In this document: in pieces, positions 1 through 12,344 of the stretch | Numbering within the stretch: the first letter of the stretch is position 1 | Layout: each line of letters starts with the position of its first letter | DNA from: Hyaloraphidium curvatum SAG 235-1 | Lineage: Eukaryota; Fungi; Monoblepharomycota | Assembly: GCA_025558095.1 (NCBI GenBank) | Contig: JAIVFI010000002.1 | Coordinates: forward strand, 496,001 to 560,000 | Reading direction: 5' to 3' | Length of the DNA stretch: 64,000 bases | Notes under the pieces: generated by a model | The model's database searches: none | The model's input: the letters and a program-made list of their open reading frames with translations, nothing else | Told to the model about the DNA's origin: nothing | Program-made: the position numbers and the translations under genes

Positions 1-68
1 GACTTGCTCTCACGTCTCATCGCGCCTCTCGTTTCATCTCGGAAGGAGCGCGGCTCCTGCCACGGACG

Positions 69-1256
69 ATGACGAGAAAGAACATCAAGATTCGCGTCCC
101 GGCTTCCACGTCCAACATCGGGCCCGGCTTTGACTCTCTCGGCCTCACGCTGTCCCTGTACCTGACCGTGGACGCATCGATCCCGCTGGATCCCCCGCCG
201 GCCGCAAACGAGCCCGTGCGCGTGACCTACGATGGCGACAGCGCCGCAACGGTGCCGCTCGAGCCCGAACGGAACCTCGTCACAAAGACGGCGCTTTTCG
301 TGGCACACACCTACAGCACGACCCTGCCTCCGGGCATGCTCGTCGAGATCCACAACCCGATCCCCCTGGGCAGGGGCCTCGGCTCGTCGGGAGCGGCCGT
401 GGTTGCCGGGACGCTGCTGGCGAACGCGGCGTGCGACCTCGACCTACCCCCCGAACGGCTCCTCGACTTTTGCCTGCTCGAAGAGGGACATCCGGACAAT
501 GTCACGGCATCGCTCATGGGAGGTTTCGTGGCAGGATACCTCCGCAAGGACCTGGAAGAGATCCTGAAGCAGGACCTGGACACGAAGGTCGCGAACGAGT
601 ACGAAGCCGAGCTCGCCGCCGCCAACGGCTCCTCCGTTCTCCGCCCGCCGTCTCCGCGGCCGTCGACGCCGTCTTCCCAGACGCCAGCAAAGTCTTCCTC
701 TACTTCCCCGCTTGCAAATGGCAGTGTTGCGCACATCAAGGCCGAGCTCCGTGTCCCGGTCTGCATCGGATCGTACCTTCCCTTGCCGGTGAACCCCGCC
801 ATTCGCGCCGTAACTGTCGTGCCCGACTTTGAGGTGCAGACCAAGCTCGCGCGCTCGGTGTTGCCTCCGCACTACACCCGACCCGACGTGGTGTTCAACC
901 TGCAGCGCCTCGCCATCCTCACGCACGCACTCGGCCGCGACCACCTGGACCCGGTGCTCATCTCAGAATGCATGCAGGACAAGGTCCACCAGATGTACCG
1001 CCAGCATCTCGTTCCGGGGCTGCCGCAGATCCTGCAGCTGACCCCGCAGAACTGCCCGGGCCTCCTGGGCATCTGTGTCTCTGGTGCCGGACCGACGGTG
1101 CTCGCGCTGGCGGACCGCAACTTTGAGGAGATAGGTGCCTTGGTCAAGGGCATTTGGGACAAGGAAACGACCGGGGACGGCCATCCGATTGAATCGAAGG
1201 TCTGGATTCTCGACATAGTAAAGGATGCAGCGGTGTGCGAGACCGCCATCGCATAG
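69..1256 (+). CDS. THR1: Homoserine kinase (GHMP family)
   Basis: Intronless 395-aa ORF with VPASTSNIGPGFDSLG, IPLGRGLGSSGAAVVAG, EGHPDNV, MQDKVHQ and SGAGPT motifs. Confidence 0.96.
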   Translation: MTRKNIKIRVPASTSNIGPGFDSLGLTLSLYLTVDASIPLDPPPAANEPVRVTYDGDSAATVPLEPERNLVTKTALFVAHTYSTTLPPGMLVEIHNPIPLGRGLGSSGAAVVAGTLLANAACDLDLPPERLLDFCLLEEGHPDNVTASLMGGFVAGYLRKDLEEILKQDLDTKVANEYEAELAAANGSSVLRPPSPRPSTPSSQTPAKSSSTSPLANGSVAHIKAELRVPVCIGSYLPLPVNPAIRAVTVVPDFEVQTKLARSVLPPHYTRPDVVFNLQRLAILTHALGRDHLDPVLISECMQDKVHQMYRQHLVPGLPQILQLTPQNCPGLLGICVSGAGPTVLALADRNFEEIGALVKGIWDKETTGDGHPIESKVWILDIVKDAAVCETAIA

Positions 1257-1299
1257 ATTGCCGTGGGAACAGAAACATGTACAACCGCCAGAATAGGAA

Positions 1300-2529
1300 T
1301 CACTTCCGTTCGAAGGTGCGGCCCCTGCCAAGACCAATGTAAATGCCACTCAGTTCCGAGCATTGTAAGGACTCACGAAGCGGTTTTGAGTTGCCGTTCC
1401 TTTGCTTCCGGTTTGGCACGGTTGAGCACCTTCAACATCTCCGCAACTCGAGTCCTCATACGCGAGTGCATGTAAGCTTTCGAGCACTTGATGTGGTAGT
1501 GGAGGTAGTTGCGGAAGAGCTGGATCTTGGAGATGCAGTCCGCCGCACTCGCAGGCGGTGTAAAGTGGCGGGGAAACAGGACTGCGGTAGGACAGAGGAG
1601 ATGAACCTTCTCTAGAGGAAGGAGGGAGGTAGTTCGTGGCACTCACCGAAAGTAACGTATCCGATGTTCTCGGAATCCTTAAGCCCTGGCTGCCCGCGGA
1701 GCTCCAACGGCGGTTCTCGGGAGCTGTAAAGCACCTGCGGTGAGTTCTGCGTTTGCGGCTGTCTCCTTGCGTCGACAAATTCCTGGCTCGACGCGTCAGC
1801 GCGTCTTAACGGAGGCGGGATTGCGACACACACCTGGAGAAAGACTTTGCCAAAGATCCTGTCCTCCTCCTCCTTGAACTCGGTGGAAAAGACGACCGTG
1901 ACGCGATCCGCCATCCCCTTGATATAGATCGCCTCACTCTCCCTGTACCGCACCACCATCATCGGAGAATCCGATCCCTCCTTCTGCGCCTCGAAGGCTT
2001 TCTCGTACGGCGCCGCCATGGCGTTACGCTTGAGCAGCGCAAGCTTTTTGACGAGTGCATCTCGGTCCGCTGCTCGCAAACACAGGTTTTGGTCTTCCCA
2101 ACCTTCGACTGCTGCTGAAACCGCCAACCTGGATCTGCTGGCAGCTTTTCGACGTCCACTCGCAAAGACACGTCGTAGCCCTGCTCCGGCGTCGACAGCA
2201 GCATGTCGCCATACTCCCGGCTCATGACCTCCCGCGCGCCGTAGGCCTCAAGATCCCGCCAGCACGGCATCTTCATCGAGAGCACTAGCACCGTTTTCGA
2301 TTCTGGAGTGGTAAGCCGGTACGAGACACCATCAAAATCAGCAATCTGGACCAGCGTTGAAACCGGCTCGCTGTTCCGCAGCGGCGCGCCAGGTTGTCCA
2401 GCGTGCAGTGCAGGGACGCGTCGGCCGGGGATCAGGACGCGTTTCCAAGGCTCAAACGGCAAGCACTGACGCAAAACGATCCCGTAGTGTCTCCATTAGC
2501 GCCCGATGGGCGTAGTCGAGGAGAATCAT
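1300..2529 (-). CDS. ARPC2: Arp2/3 complex 34-kDa subunit, multi-exon
   Basis: Spliced reading MILLDY...IADFDGVSY...[11 protein letters not shown]...[10 protein letters not shown]...[18 protein letters not shown]...LNRAKPE...TASGRTFERK*. Short GT-AG introns separate the exons. Confidence 0.94.
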
Positions 2530-2683
2530 GGTTGCGCGGTTTGGTGTAGGCTTCAGACCAATGGAGGACGCTGCACTCTGATCAGCGCCTCAGCACAACG
2601 ACAACACTAGAGCCATCGATTGGAGGAGTTTCAACCGAGTCTGGAATCACGCGCTCTGCGATCGTATGCTCCATGATGCTCTT

Positions 2684-3896
2684 TTACACAGCACTTTGGC
2701 CTGGTGGCATGGTCTTTGGCTTGGTCTCCGACTCTGTCAGCGCCCTAATGTAGATCGAATCGGGCATGTGGCTGCGAGAAAGTATCAGGCCTGTGGTACA
2801 GCTTGATGATAGCTCTCCAACTCACTCCTTCTCGCCCTCCTCGAAGGTGTACGAGCTCGCAACGGCCAGCATGGTCCCGTCCGCGTTGAAACACAAGGAG
2901 GCAATGCTCGATGGATATCGAGGGTACTGCCGCAAACGCTTCTTGTTGAAACCGTCCCACAGAGCCACCACCCCGTCGCCACCTCCGGACGCAAAGGTGC
3001 CATGTCTGACGGCGGATCAGTCGCCAGCGCCAGGACACGCTTCACGGTTCTCACATTGGATGGTACGCCAACGCATTGACTGGAAACACGGTGTCGACCC
3101 CGTCGATCGTTTGGCGGTGGCATTTGAAGGCGTACTTGCGCTTCTGCACCTCGGGGTCCGGGTCGAAAAACTCCACGGCCACCCGTCCTTCGATCGAGCT
3201 GCTGGCGTAGCCCTCGCCGTTCGGCATGCACCGCACCATGCGGGTCATGAACTTCAACGAGCTCTCGCGTCGCTGCAAGGTCTCCTTCATGTTGCGCAGA
3301 TCGTAGATGTAGACGTGCCGCCCGGCCATGGCCACCACGAGCTTGTATCCCTTTGCGACATCCAGCGAGAAAACCTTTGCGGGCTGAAGGTGCGTTGCAA
3401 GGCTCTTGTGGTTCGGCCCAGGCGAGCGGGGGTCATACACCTGGACCGTCTTGTCCCAGGAACCCGTAATGACGCTGCCCGTCTCGTGCGAGAACGCGAC
3501 ATTCCTGACGGTATCTTCCTGCCTCCCGAGCATGACGTCTTTGCCGACGTTGAAATCCATCCTGGAGATGGTGAGGCTCCATAGTTGTGAGAGGGGGTGG
3601 ACGGACCCACATCTTGACCCTCTTGTCCAGCCCCACCGAAAAACCATGAGTGGCGTCCGACCAGCAAACATCAAGAACGGGTCCTTTGTGCTCATATCTC
3701 GTTCGCAGCTGGTTCTGCTGGACGTCGTAGAGTCTCACGCTCTGTCGAAGACGGGTAAGCAGACGGAACGCGGCGGTCAGTGCACGCCTACTCGATCCCA
3801 GCTCGCGACCAGCAGAAAGTTTGGCGACGAAGGAGCAAAGGCAACGGCACTGATTCCGTCCGTGGGCGGGTCCGACAGCTCGAAGTTGCCCTCCAT
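2684..3896 (-). CDS. BUB3: Spindle checkpoint WD40 protein Bub3, multi-exon
   Basis: [18 protein letters not shown]...LLVASWD; [12 protein letters not shown]; [13 protein letters not shown]; KYAFKCHR; [10 protein letters not shown]; [11 protein letters not shown]. Last exon ends ...PPGQSAV* at 2684. Confidence 0.94.
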
Positions 3897-4307
3897 AAAG
3901 ACGGCGGCGCAACCCGCGGGTTGCATCAGGAAACTGGTCTGGGCATCTGCTGGCATCCCAAAGCTTCTGTATCAATTGTGACCATCCCAACGCGTCCAGA
4001 AGACGGCCACCCGTTCTTCCAGGCCACCCAGATGCTACCAGAGGGGGGCCAGGAGCGCGCACTGTCTTCTGGGTCGTGCGCGATGTCGCGGGGCGCGGAC
4101 TTGGCGGGCGGAGCATTCGGCGGCCCACCACCGCGTCCTGCAGACAACACGGACGAGTCGTCGAGCTTGCCGGCCTAGTACACGTCTTTCGACATCGTTC
4201 GCCTTCGGGTGGAAGCACTCCGCGGCGCGTGAAGTGCTGGTGCAGACGGGGCGCGCTGTCGGGCTCCCGAGTCTTCGCTCCGACTGGGCCGAGACAATAG
4301 CAAAGCT

Positions 4308-7300
4308 CTATTTGGCATCTGGAATAAGCTTGAACATATCGTAGTCGATGTGCCTCGCAAGATAGAAGGCAGTTTGCCGGCCCTGCTTGTCCACGGGCAC
4401 CGCGAAGTCGGGGATCAAATACGCGCTCCGAACGACCGCGCTGAGCTCCACCACCATCAAGCCCGACGTCGAGTAGTCTCTTTGCAGCCTCCAGAGTCCG
4501 GTCGCGTTCGATGGGAGGACGGTGTGGCGGCGCAACGCCACGAAGTGCAAAGTCCGAACCACGCCGGCGGTGTCCTTGAAGTCGCCGTTGAAGAGCAGCT
4601 CCATGCGGCCGACGCACAGCTCGGTGGAGCCCAGCTCCATGCCCTGGCGTCGTGGAGTCCGGAAGAGCACGCAGTCTTGGCGCCGAGCGAAACATGTCCG
4701 TGACGTGGAGCGTGTCCTTGACCAAAGTCCCGGCATCCTCGCGAACCAGGTGCAGCGTTCGATATGGCACCACCTGGAGCGCGTTGTGAGTATATCAGAG
4801 CATTGCAAACCGATCTTTTGGGCTCACCTCCGGCCGCTGAAGCTTCGGTCGCTTCTTCTTCTTTCGCCTGCCCGGTAAGCCGTTGACCTTGTCGTCCAAG
4901 TAGTTCCTGATGGCGTCCGTCAAGCGCGCGTTCGTCGAGATGGAGATGTGTTTGCACTTGGCCCCGAAGCCGCGTTTGCGGGAGATCTTGCCGGACCCGA
5001 ACTCCTGGCGTCGCAGGATGATCTCGGCCTTGTCCATTCGTGACATCCCCTTGGCCATCTGACGGGCCCGGAAACAATTAGCTCGACTTGATGGGGAAAT
5101 GCCGAACAAGTCCAACCTGTCGTGTAGCATCTCGGCGGTTCGTCCGCTTATACGCCCCCTTCGCGACCTTGATGTGCGCTTGCTCGGTGCGCTGCACGTC
5201 GTAGCCACGCGGATTCCCGTAATCGCGGATCTGGCTTGGGTAGCGCGTAATCTCGTGAAGCTTTGGTGCGTTCAGTTTGCTCTAATGGACGGAGTCATTG
5301 TTGGCGTTCCCCAGTGCCACAAGTGCGGTCACCTTCGACAGCGGGATGAACACCTTCACGGACTCCGCAAGCTTTGCACGGCTCTGCTCGAGCTGCCGAA
5401 CGTCAGCTTCCGTGTGCTCTTTTGCCATGAGCTCGTAGCGGTACTGGATGAAATCCCGCATTGCGGTCACGAAAGGCTCGTCGACCAGGTCCGCGATGAG
5501 TGCAAGGAGGACCTGCAGCAGTCAAAGTAAGGTTAGCCACTGGCAGAATGAAGGCGGAGGACGCAACGGGGAAGCAGGACACGACGGTCCGCCGAATGGT
5601 CGACGGACTTGTTGGTCCTGCCATTCGGGTCGCCGCGTGCTTCGCCCAGCCAAGCAAAACTCGCCTTGTACATCTCACGATACTCCCAAGCCGCCAGGAA
5701 CGTCAGATGCGAGATCCCAGCGACGAACAGCTTGAGACCGGCAAAGGGGTCAAGCTGACCCATACTGGTCCAAAGTCAGCGGTCTTTCGCCGCGGGAAAC
5801 AGTGCTCTCACCGCGCATCCAGCTCCGTAGTCTTGGCCGTTCCCATTTTCTGAAGCAACTTCGGAAGCAGATGGGAGGAGAAGACACCTTCTATGAAATG
5901 CACCAAGTCGGGAGCCAACATCCGATGAATGTCGATATCCGGGCTCTCAAAGTCGGCGAGAAAGTGCTAGAGTAAATGAGGGTGAGCGTGAAGACCGACC
6001 GGACGCGGATCGGGAGAGCCGAACCTTGCCGAAGAAGTCCGCGATTCCAAGCGTCATCCGAAACTTCGTCTTCTGCTCCTCGGTCCACCGCACCTGCATG
6101 GCCGAATAGCGCTCCGTCTCGTTTGGATCGGCATCGGCAAGATCCTTTTCCGTCTTTGCCTTAGTCCGGGGTTTGCACTTATCGCACGTCATAGTCAGGT
6201 CTGAGAGCTGATCCGTCCGAATCATACAACATGGAAGCCCGAAATCGGACGGCCATGAGCGCGTCAGAGTCAGAAGACAGCTGGAAGGATGGCCAGTGAG
6301 GTACGAGATCATGTAGTGCGGGAATCAGACATACTGCTCGGGGTAGTCGGCAAGCCAGCGAAGGAGGAAGAAGAAGACCTTGTAGACGTAGCCCCGTGGC
6401 CCGACCATGTCGATTCCACCATCGGGCCTGCACGGAGCGGGTTAGAAGAGCCGCACACGCGCCTCTGTCACCCACTGCTCACCTGCATTGGCTGGGTTCC
6501 ACCAACGACTCAAGCACCTTCCGCAGCGTGACATGGACGACGCGTCGCGACAGAGTCGAGAACCAGTCCTTGTCCTTGATAGTCTTGGAGGCCGTGAGGA
6601 TGGGAAGGTAGGCAAGGAGACGCCACGTGGGGTAGGGGGTCGCTGAGTTTCGGATAGACTGTGGTAGGTTTGCTGGACGAGCTTGTCAGGCGGCAACGAG
6701 GTTACAACAACCGAAAGGCACTCGCCGAGGTTCATCAAAAGCGGGTAGACTTGACGATTGCCGATCATGGTGACATTTGTCTTGTCCGAGCTGAAGAGTA
6801 GCATGAGCAAAGTTGCTCCTTTGGGGTACCTTTTCTGGTGCCCAGCATGAGCGAGTGCGGGCGTCAACGCCGGACGGTAGACCTCACCTGCAGCTTCCAC
6901 CAGTATCTTGCGGTCTCGTAGTCGGCATACACCCGGTTTTCGGTCTCCCGCTTTCCCTTCCAAAGCTTGACAGGGCGCAGGGCGATGTGGTCCGAAAAGG
7001 CCGGGTCCGAGAAGACTATAGAGGCCAGCGCAATCGGATCCCGGTAGTATAGGACGGGTTTCAATTGCTCGATGAGCTTCCGCTCGTGGGCCTTCAGAGG
7101 GGGGTCGAAGGCGTCGGGCATGATGTCCCAGACCTTGAAGTCCTTCGAAGACGGTTAGTGAAGCCGTGGAATGGATGGCCGCCACGACTTACAAGCTCGC
7201 GCAACTTCCCATCCAGCCTTTCGTTCATCTGGTCCGCGCTCTTGAAGGTCAACACATCGGGCACAAGCTCGTTCAGCTTTCGAATGAGTCTATGGGGAGG

Positions 7301-8327
7301 GGATGAGCAGCTGCGTAATCTCCTCAACGAGAGCAAAGTACTCAGTTAGGTGGGCCTTGGGCAGCTTGGCCTTGAGCAGCCCGAAGTCCATCAGCCACTT
7401 GTCCAGCTCCGTGAAGCCCTCGTCCATGTCCTCCCAACGAGCGCTGTGTTCCGCGGCTTCCTCCGGCGATCCATATGGTTGTCCTGGTCGTTGATTAGCA
7501 ACAAGGGCGCGGCAGCCGCAGGAGGTCTCACCTGCCCCCTCGAACTCCTCCCAAATGCTAACCCCGTCCCCAGAATCCGACTCGTCCTCCGAGCCCTCAA
7601 CCATGAAAGCGGGCTCTGCCTGCTCCTCCTCGTCGTCTTCCGCGTCGAGAGCCGCCTCCCCAGACGCCATGCTGCCCTCGTTCCGCTCCGCAGCAGCCTA
7701 GAAAACGGCGGTCACTGACGGGCAAGCGGAACGCGACGTTGCCGTCACGTGTAGCTCGTCCTGCGTGGCAGCACCGTCCAGGACTCCAATGGCCGATTCC
7801 GTGCCGGTGGCCCCGACGATCTCGACGCCATCGTCGTCGAGCTGGATATGTGGATAGTGGCGTAGCGGTCAGGTCAAGCATCGAGCACGAAGCCGTCCAC
7901 GTACATCAAGGAGGCCGTCCTCAAGTTCGCCGTCTTCGTCTTGCAGCGCATGCTGAGCTAAGCTCGAAACAACATCACGCGTGTCCGCGTGCTCGACGCG
8001 GTTCGATGGGGATGAAGTCTGGCGAGGAGCACCACCGAGTTGAAGGGTCGGCGACGTCGTGCCCTCAAGCTGTTGGCCTACTTCAGTCTGGGAAACGTGT
8101 ACCTCAAAGTCATCGTCCACAATGAGGTCCAAGGAGCCGGATGGGCTAGGCTGGCGCGTTGAATAGTCCCCGGCGAGGTCGCTCCGTTGCGGACTCGCGG
8201 GGGGCGTATCCTCGACCTTCCAGACACTCCGCCTCGCCTGGATCCCGCATGGCTTGTTGGAAGCATAGTGTCTATATAGCGTGGTCTTCGGCAACGCGCC
8301 GCAAAATGGGCATTGCTCGTGTGGCAT
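4308..8327 (-). CDS. Plavaka-type transposase, multi-exon (intactness not fully verified)
   Basis: N-terminal zinc finger CPFCG...YRHY...C, acidic linker, YYRDPI, LFSSDKTNVTMIGNRQVYPLLMNLG, and a C-terminal LIPDF...FYLARHID segment typical of Plavaka transposases. Confidence 0.8.
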
Positions 8328-8438
8328 CTAGACGTGATCTCGATATCGCGCGTAAACAAACGACCAGTCAAGCTCTCGAGCCCTGCGCAATGGCAACGGC
8401 TCGAATTCACCTACAGTCCCGCCATCACTGTTGCGACG

Positions 8439-9951
8439 ATGTCGAAGAACAAGGGTGCCCGCAAGGTGCGTGTTACCCATGTCACAGCTGGTCCTTCACC
8501 TTCTCGTGAACTCACCGAGGCGCGTCGGCAGCAGAAGCAGCCGCCGCAAGCCATGTTCGGGGGCGAATCGGACGACGTGGACCAGAATAGCGAGAGCAGC
8601 GGCTCGGATACTTCGTCCACCACTGGCCGCGGGGTCGCCAGACGCGGGAGCCCACCAAAGAAGGATCCCGTCGTCGTGGCACTCTCGCTCACTGGCATGC
8701 ATCGCCATCCGCAGCGGATCACAGCTACCAGGAAGGACGGTGGTTTCTCCGAAGGCGCGTTCCGGGGCGGACGAGGCGAAAAGTGTCTCCCTGCCCTCCA
8801 AGCGCAAGGCCGAGGCCGATCCTCCGGAGCGGATGACCAAGCCCGGCGAGAGTGCCAAGGAGCGCCGCGAAAGAGAAGCACTGTAAGCTGACTTCGTGTC
8901 ATTCAACGTGAGCCCTTGCTAACGGCGGCTTCTAGTCAAGTAGTCAAGTAGTCGAGAAGGGCGACGTGCTGGAGCGCTTCAAGATACTCGCCAAGCAGTA
9001 CGCCATCACCGATAACGTCTTCGCCAAGTTCCCCGGAACGCCTCAACAGGCGCTCGTTGCCCGCCGTCGCAAACTCACGGAGCTGTTCAACAAGGCTGTT
9101 GGGCGTCAGGGCACGAATGCCGAGCTGGACATCTTCGACACATTCGTTGGTCTGGCGTTTCCTCGATCCTGGATGATGCTCACATCCCTGTAGTTCCAGG
9201 ACACGGTCAACGGATTCCGCGGGAACCTGGTAAACGAGTTCGGCAAGTACCTCGACCTGGGGGAGAACTTGGCGACTCTCGGCATCCCTGGCGGCACCAC
9301 TGACGAGGCAAAGAAGCAGGCGGCCTCGCGCATCGAGGCCTTGTTGAAGGACGACACGTCAGTAGCAGTCATTGCCGCGCTCCAGGGCTCCTGTTCACGG
9401 TGCTGCCTCACAGGTACCTTTGCCAAGACATGGACGCCAAAACCGGAACCTTCTGCAACAGTCTCATCGTCGACTTCATCGAGACCAAGATCTACGGCAT
9501 GACCTCGAAGAAGGCTGGCCGCATGATCAGGCATTCCAGCATCGAGGAGATGAAAGGTTGGTTCCATCGCGAGCGCGTCGCACGAGGCCGACATTGACGC
9601 CTTCTACAACGTCTAGTGCCCTTTGGGACCATCTTCCTCGTTGCCACCATGTTCCAGCACTGTCTGGAGAACCTTCGGCGCAAGAAGCTCGGCGTGAAGC
9701 AGCTCAACTTCAGCAGCAAGGAGTCGCTGGCGGTGGAATCCTACCTTGACGAGGGCGACAGGCCGCCCAAGCCGATCATCAAGCAAGCCGTCGACATCAT
9801 CTCGGCCATCGTCTTCGCGGAGGCCATAAGCCGCAAGGCGATAACGCGCGGGAGGTGGGCTAACGTCGGAGCTGAAGATTTGGAGAAGCTGGAGGCCGCA
9901 GAGAGGCAGGCCCGGATCGAGGCCGGCGAGGAGGAAGACGACACCCAGTAG
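8439..9951 (+). CDS. Accessory gene of the Plavaka element, divergent from the transposase; DUF6532-like C-terminus
   Basis: Spliced ORF from MSKNKGARK to ...EEEDDTQ*. Segments FCNSLIVDFIETKIYG and VPFGTIFLVATMFQHCLENL resemble DUF6532 by recall. Confidence 0.55.
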
Positions 9952-10889
9952 AAATAGGAGCAAGCACTGTACTTGTATTGTTCAGCCAAGATCTCGTTGT
10001 GCCACTTCCGTCGGCGAAAGGGCTGAGCGTGATCAGATCGAGTGATCAACCCCACCGACACAGAATTCAGGCATCGACCGGGCAACCTCGACCGAGTCTC
10101 CGCGCCGGGCCGCCCACGGCAACGCGTCTTCCGCGCTCTTCATTTCGCTGCCGTGATCCGTCGCGCGGCGGGGACCCCGGCGCGCCGGTACTGCTGCCGA
10201 ACCGTTCCCGAGTTCCTCGCACTCGCTGCATGTCCGCCGCTCCCGCCGCTACTGACCTCGCTTAAGCGTGCTTCTGACACGTGTTTCCTCTTCTCCCCCC
10301 TCAGGTCCTCGTCTTGGGGAGCTCTCCGGGTGGGTGCCTTCCGCCGTCCCCTCTTCGCTGATCCGCACCGCTCCCTCCTTCCCTTCCCCGCAGGCTCGCT
10401 CATAGTCGCCAGCATCATCAGGTACGTGGCGCCGGGTTCTCGTTTGCTCATCTGCTGACCCGAACCGCGACCTCAGTGTTCGGCTCCTGGGCGGACGGCG
10501 ACCAACGGCGACAGCGCGGCCTGCCGAGGCGATGGGGAGTGGCTATATGAACAAGTTAGCATCGAGTGTACGTGCCAGGTGGAGCTGAATACACGGGTTT
10601 CAACACTGGTATGGCTGTACGAGTCCGGGAGCATCGAGACCTCCGGCGCCGCCTGCGGCAGCATCTGTATCCGGACCGCGGACCCTGGCGACATCTCAAA
10701 CGGAGGCATGTCCCAGGGGGCATCTGGATGAACTGCTCTCCAAGAGCTGCATCTGGATGTCACCAGATTTGTCTTCTCGGATTCTGGTAGCATCTCGAGC
10801 ATCTGGGAGCCTCGAGGTGCTTCGGGATGTCTCTGGATGGACTCGAAGGATTTCCTGATGTGCGCGCTCCCGCTGCGCGGGCCCCTTCA

Positions 10890-11933
10890 ATGCCAGTCGT
10901 GCTGTCCAGCAAACGAGCGGCGCTTATCATTCTGATCGGCAGCTTTCTTGCTCTTTGTACGGTTCTCCTCTTCTCGTGGCATTCGGCTTCCCCATCCGGG
11001 AAGTATGGAGGACCTAAGCGGAGGGTTCGCGTTTACACACGGTCTGGACGTAGGGGGTTCTGCACGGTCTCTTTTGCTGGCTCCAAGGCAGCCACGCATC
11101 CGCGCGAACCATACGTGCTTACATTGATGCCCACTATACCGCGGTCGGGGAACCACCTTATGCGTCTCCTTGTTGAAGATCTAACCGGAAGAGCAACGGA
11201 GTCTATCTACGACAACGAAGGTGGCCAGCGGAATAACTTGACACGTACAGGTGGCTTTGAGCCCAGCAGATGTGGAGGCCTTCGCGGCAACTGTACGCAC
11301 GTCCGTGGAGTTGCGAGCGCATGGTCGCTCCTCAAAACGCATCATCCTTTCATGGAGCCAAACATCCCCGTCCGAAAGGATTGTCCTTTCGGTATCCTTA
11401 TGACGGTTCGCCACCCCTTGGACAACTATCTTGCGTGGATGCACTACAGGCAGAACCAAGATGAAGATAGATGGGGTTCCGATCTCAACGTGACGGGCCG
11501 GCCACCCTTGCGAGTCCACCCTTATGCAAGGAGGCTCGTCACAGAGAAGATATTAACGTTTGACTACTTTGCTGATATGTGGGAGAAGCACATAGTGTTT
11601 TGGCACTCCTTGGCAACCAAGCAGTTATTCCCGATCCTTCAGTTTAGATACGAAGATCTGTGCACCAATCCCGAAGCAATCTCTTTCATGTTGGTTGCAT
11701 TCGTAGAAAAAGCGACAATACCGGAAAGCTTCGGGCACCTGAAGATACCCCACAAACGACAATGTGTTATGAGCAACATAGCAGACGCGCATCTGGCAGG
11801 ATTGTCGTACACTGCCTTGATCACTGCGCGAGAAGTCGATGATGTGCTTGCTAAGCACACGAGGCTGCTGCACATGTTTGATTATCCTGACACATGGGAA
11901 GGCGCACATGCTTGGCTCGCAGAAATGGATTAG
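10890..11933 (+). CDS. Type II membrane sulfotransferase (WSCD-like), intronless
   Basis: Signal anchor AALIILIGSFLALCTVLLFSW; 5'-PSB-like TIPRSGNHLMRLLVEDLTG; KTHHP; 3'-PB-like VRHPLDNY; QFRYEDL. The longer ORF start at 10827 lies inside the transposon end. Confidence 0.85.
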   Translation: MPVVLSSKRAALIILIGSFLALCTVLLFSWHSASPSGKYGGPKRRVRVYTRSGRRGFCTVSFAGSKAATHPREPYVLTLMPTIPRSGNHLMRLLVEDLTGRATESIYDNEGGQRNNLTRTGGFEPSRCGGLRGNCTHVRGVASAWSLLKTHHPFMEPNIPVRKDCPFGILMTVRHPLDNYLAWMHYRQNQDEDRWGSDLNVTGRPPLRVHPYARRLVTEKILTFDYFADMWEKHIVFWHSLATKQLFPILQFRYEDLCTNPEAISFMLVAFVEKATIPESFGHLKIPHKRQCVMSNIADAHLAGLSYTALITAREVDDVLAKHTRLLHMFDYPDTWEGAHAWLAEMD

Positions 11934-12344
11934 GCATGGGTGGTGATCTCCGTCTAAGGAACCATGTGAGATGCTCCGTCCTTTCGACCTTTGAACAAAG
12001 ATGCTGTAGATGGGAGAAACCTATGGACTCCACGCCCCTCCCCCACCCCCCCCCCCACCCCCCGGGCCAAACCCCATGACCCGGGGTAAGTCCTGCCGGG
12101 ATCTCCTCCGCATAAGGCTGACCCACCATGTCGAACTTGGGACATGAGCCCCGGGTCGGTCCTGCCGACGATCGCGGTTCTGCGACCTGAGCTTGCTGGT
12201 AGACCAATCCTCCTCGCGAGAAACCAGTGTTCTCCATTGATAGTGTCAACGTTATCGAAATTCGGAGGATCTGCATGCCTCCGCTCACGACCTGGATTGA
12301 GATACCGGAGGTAAAGTCCATTGGCACCTTTGAGTTGGGAGCTG

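Larger units (their letters stand above)
3924..10860. mobile_element. Full-length Plavaka/CMC-type DNA transposon (about 6.9 kb) with imperfect TIRs and a 2-bp TG TSD
   Basis: Left end CATCAGGAAActggtctgggCATCtgctggCATCCCaAAGC; right end reverse-complemented CATCAGGAAAtccttcgagtcCATCcagagaCATCCCgAAGC. TG flanks both ends. Inverted subterminal AGATGCTACCAGA at 4030-4042 and 10783-10795. Many GCATCT motifs at 10620-10810. Confidence 0.68.

Noticed and set aside
545-760. Ser/Pro-rich insert in homoserine kinase as an intein or intron
   Set aside because: In frame, low complexity, no intein termini; similar loops occur in fungal enzymes.
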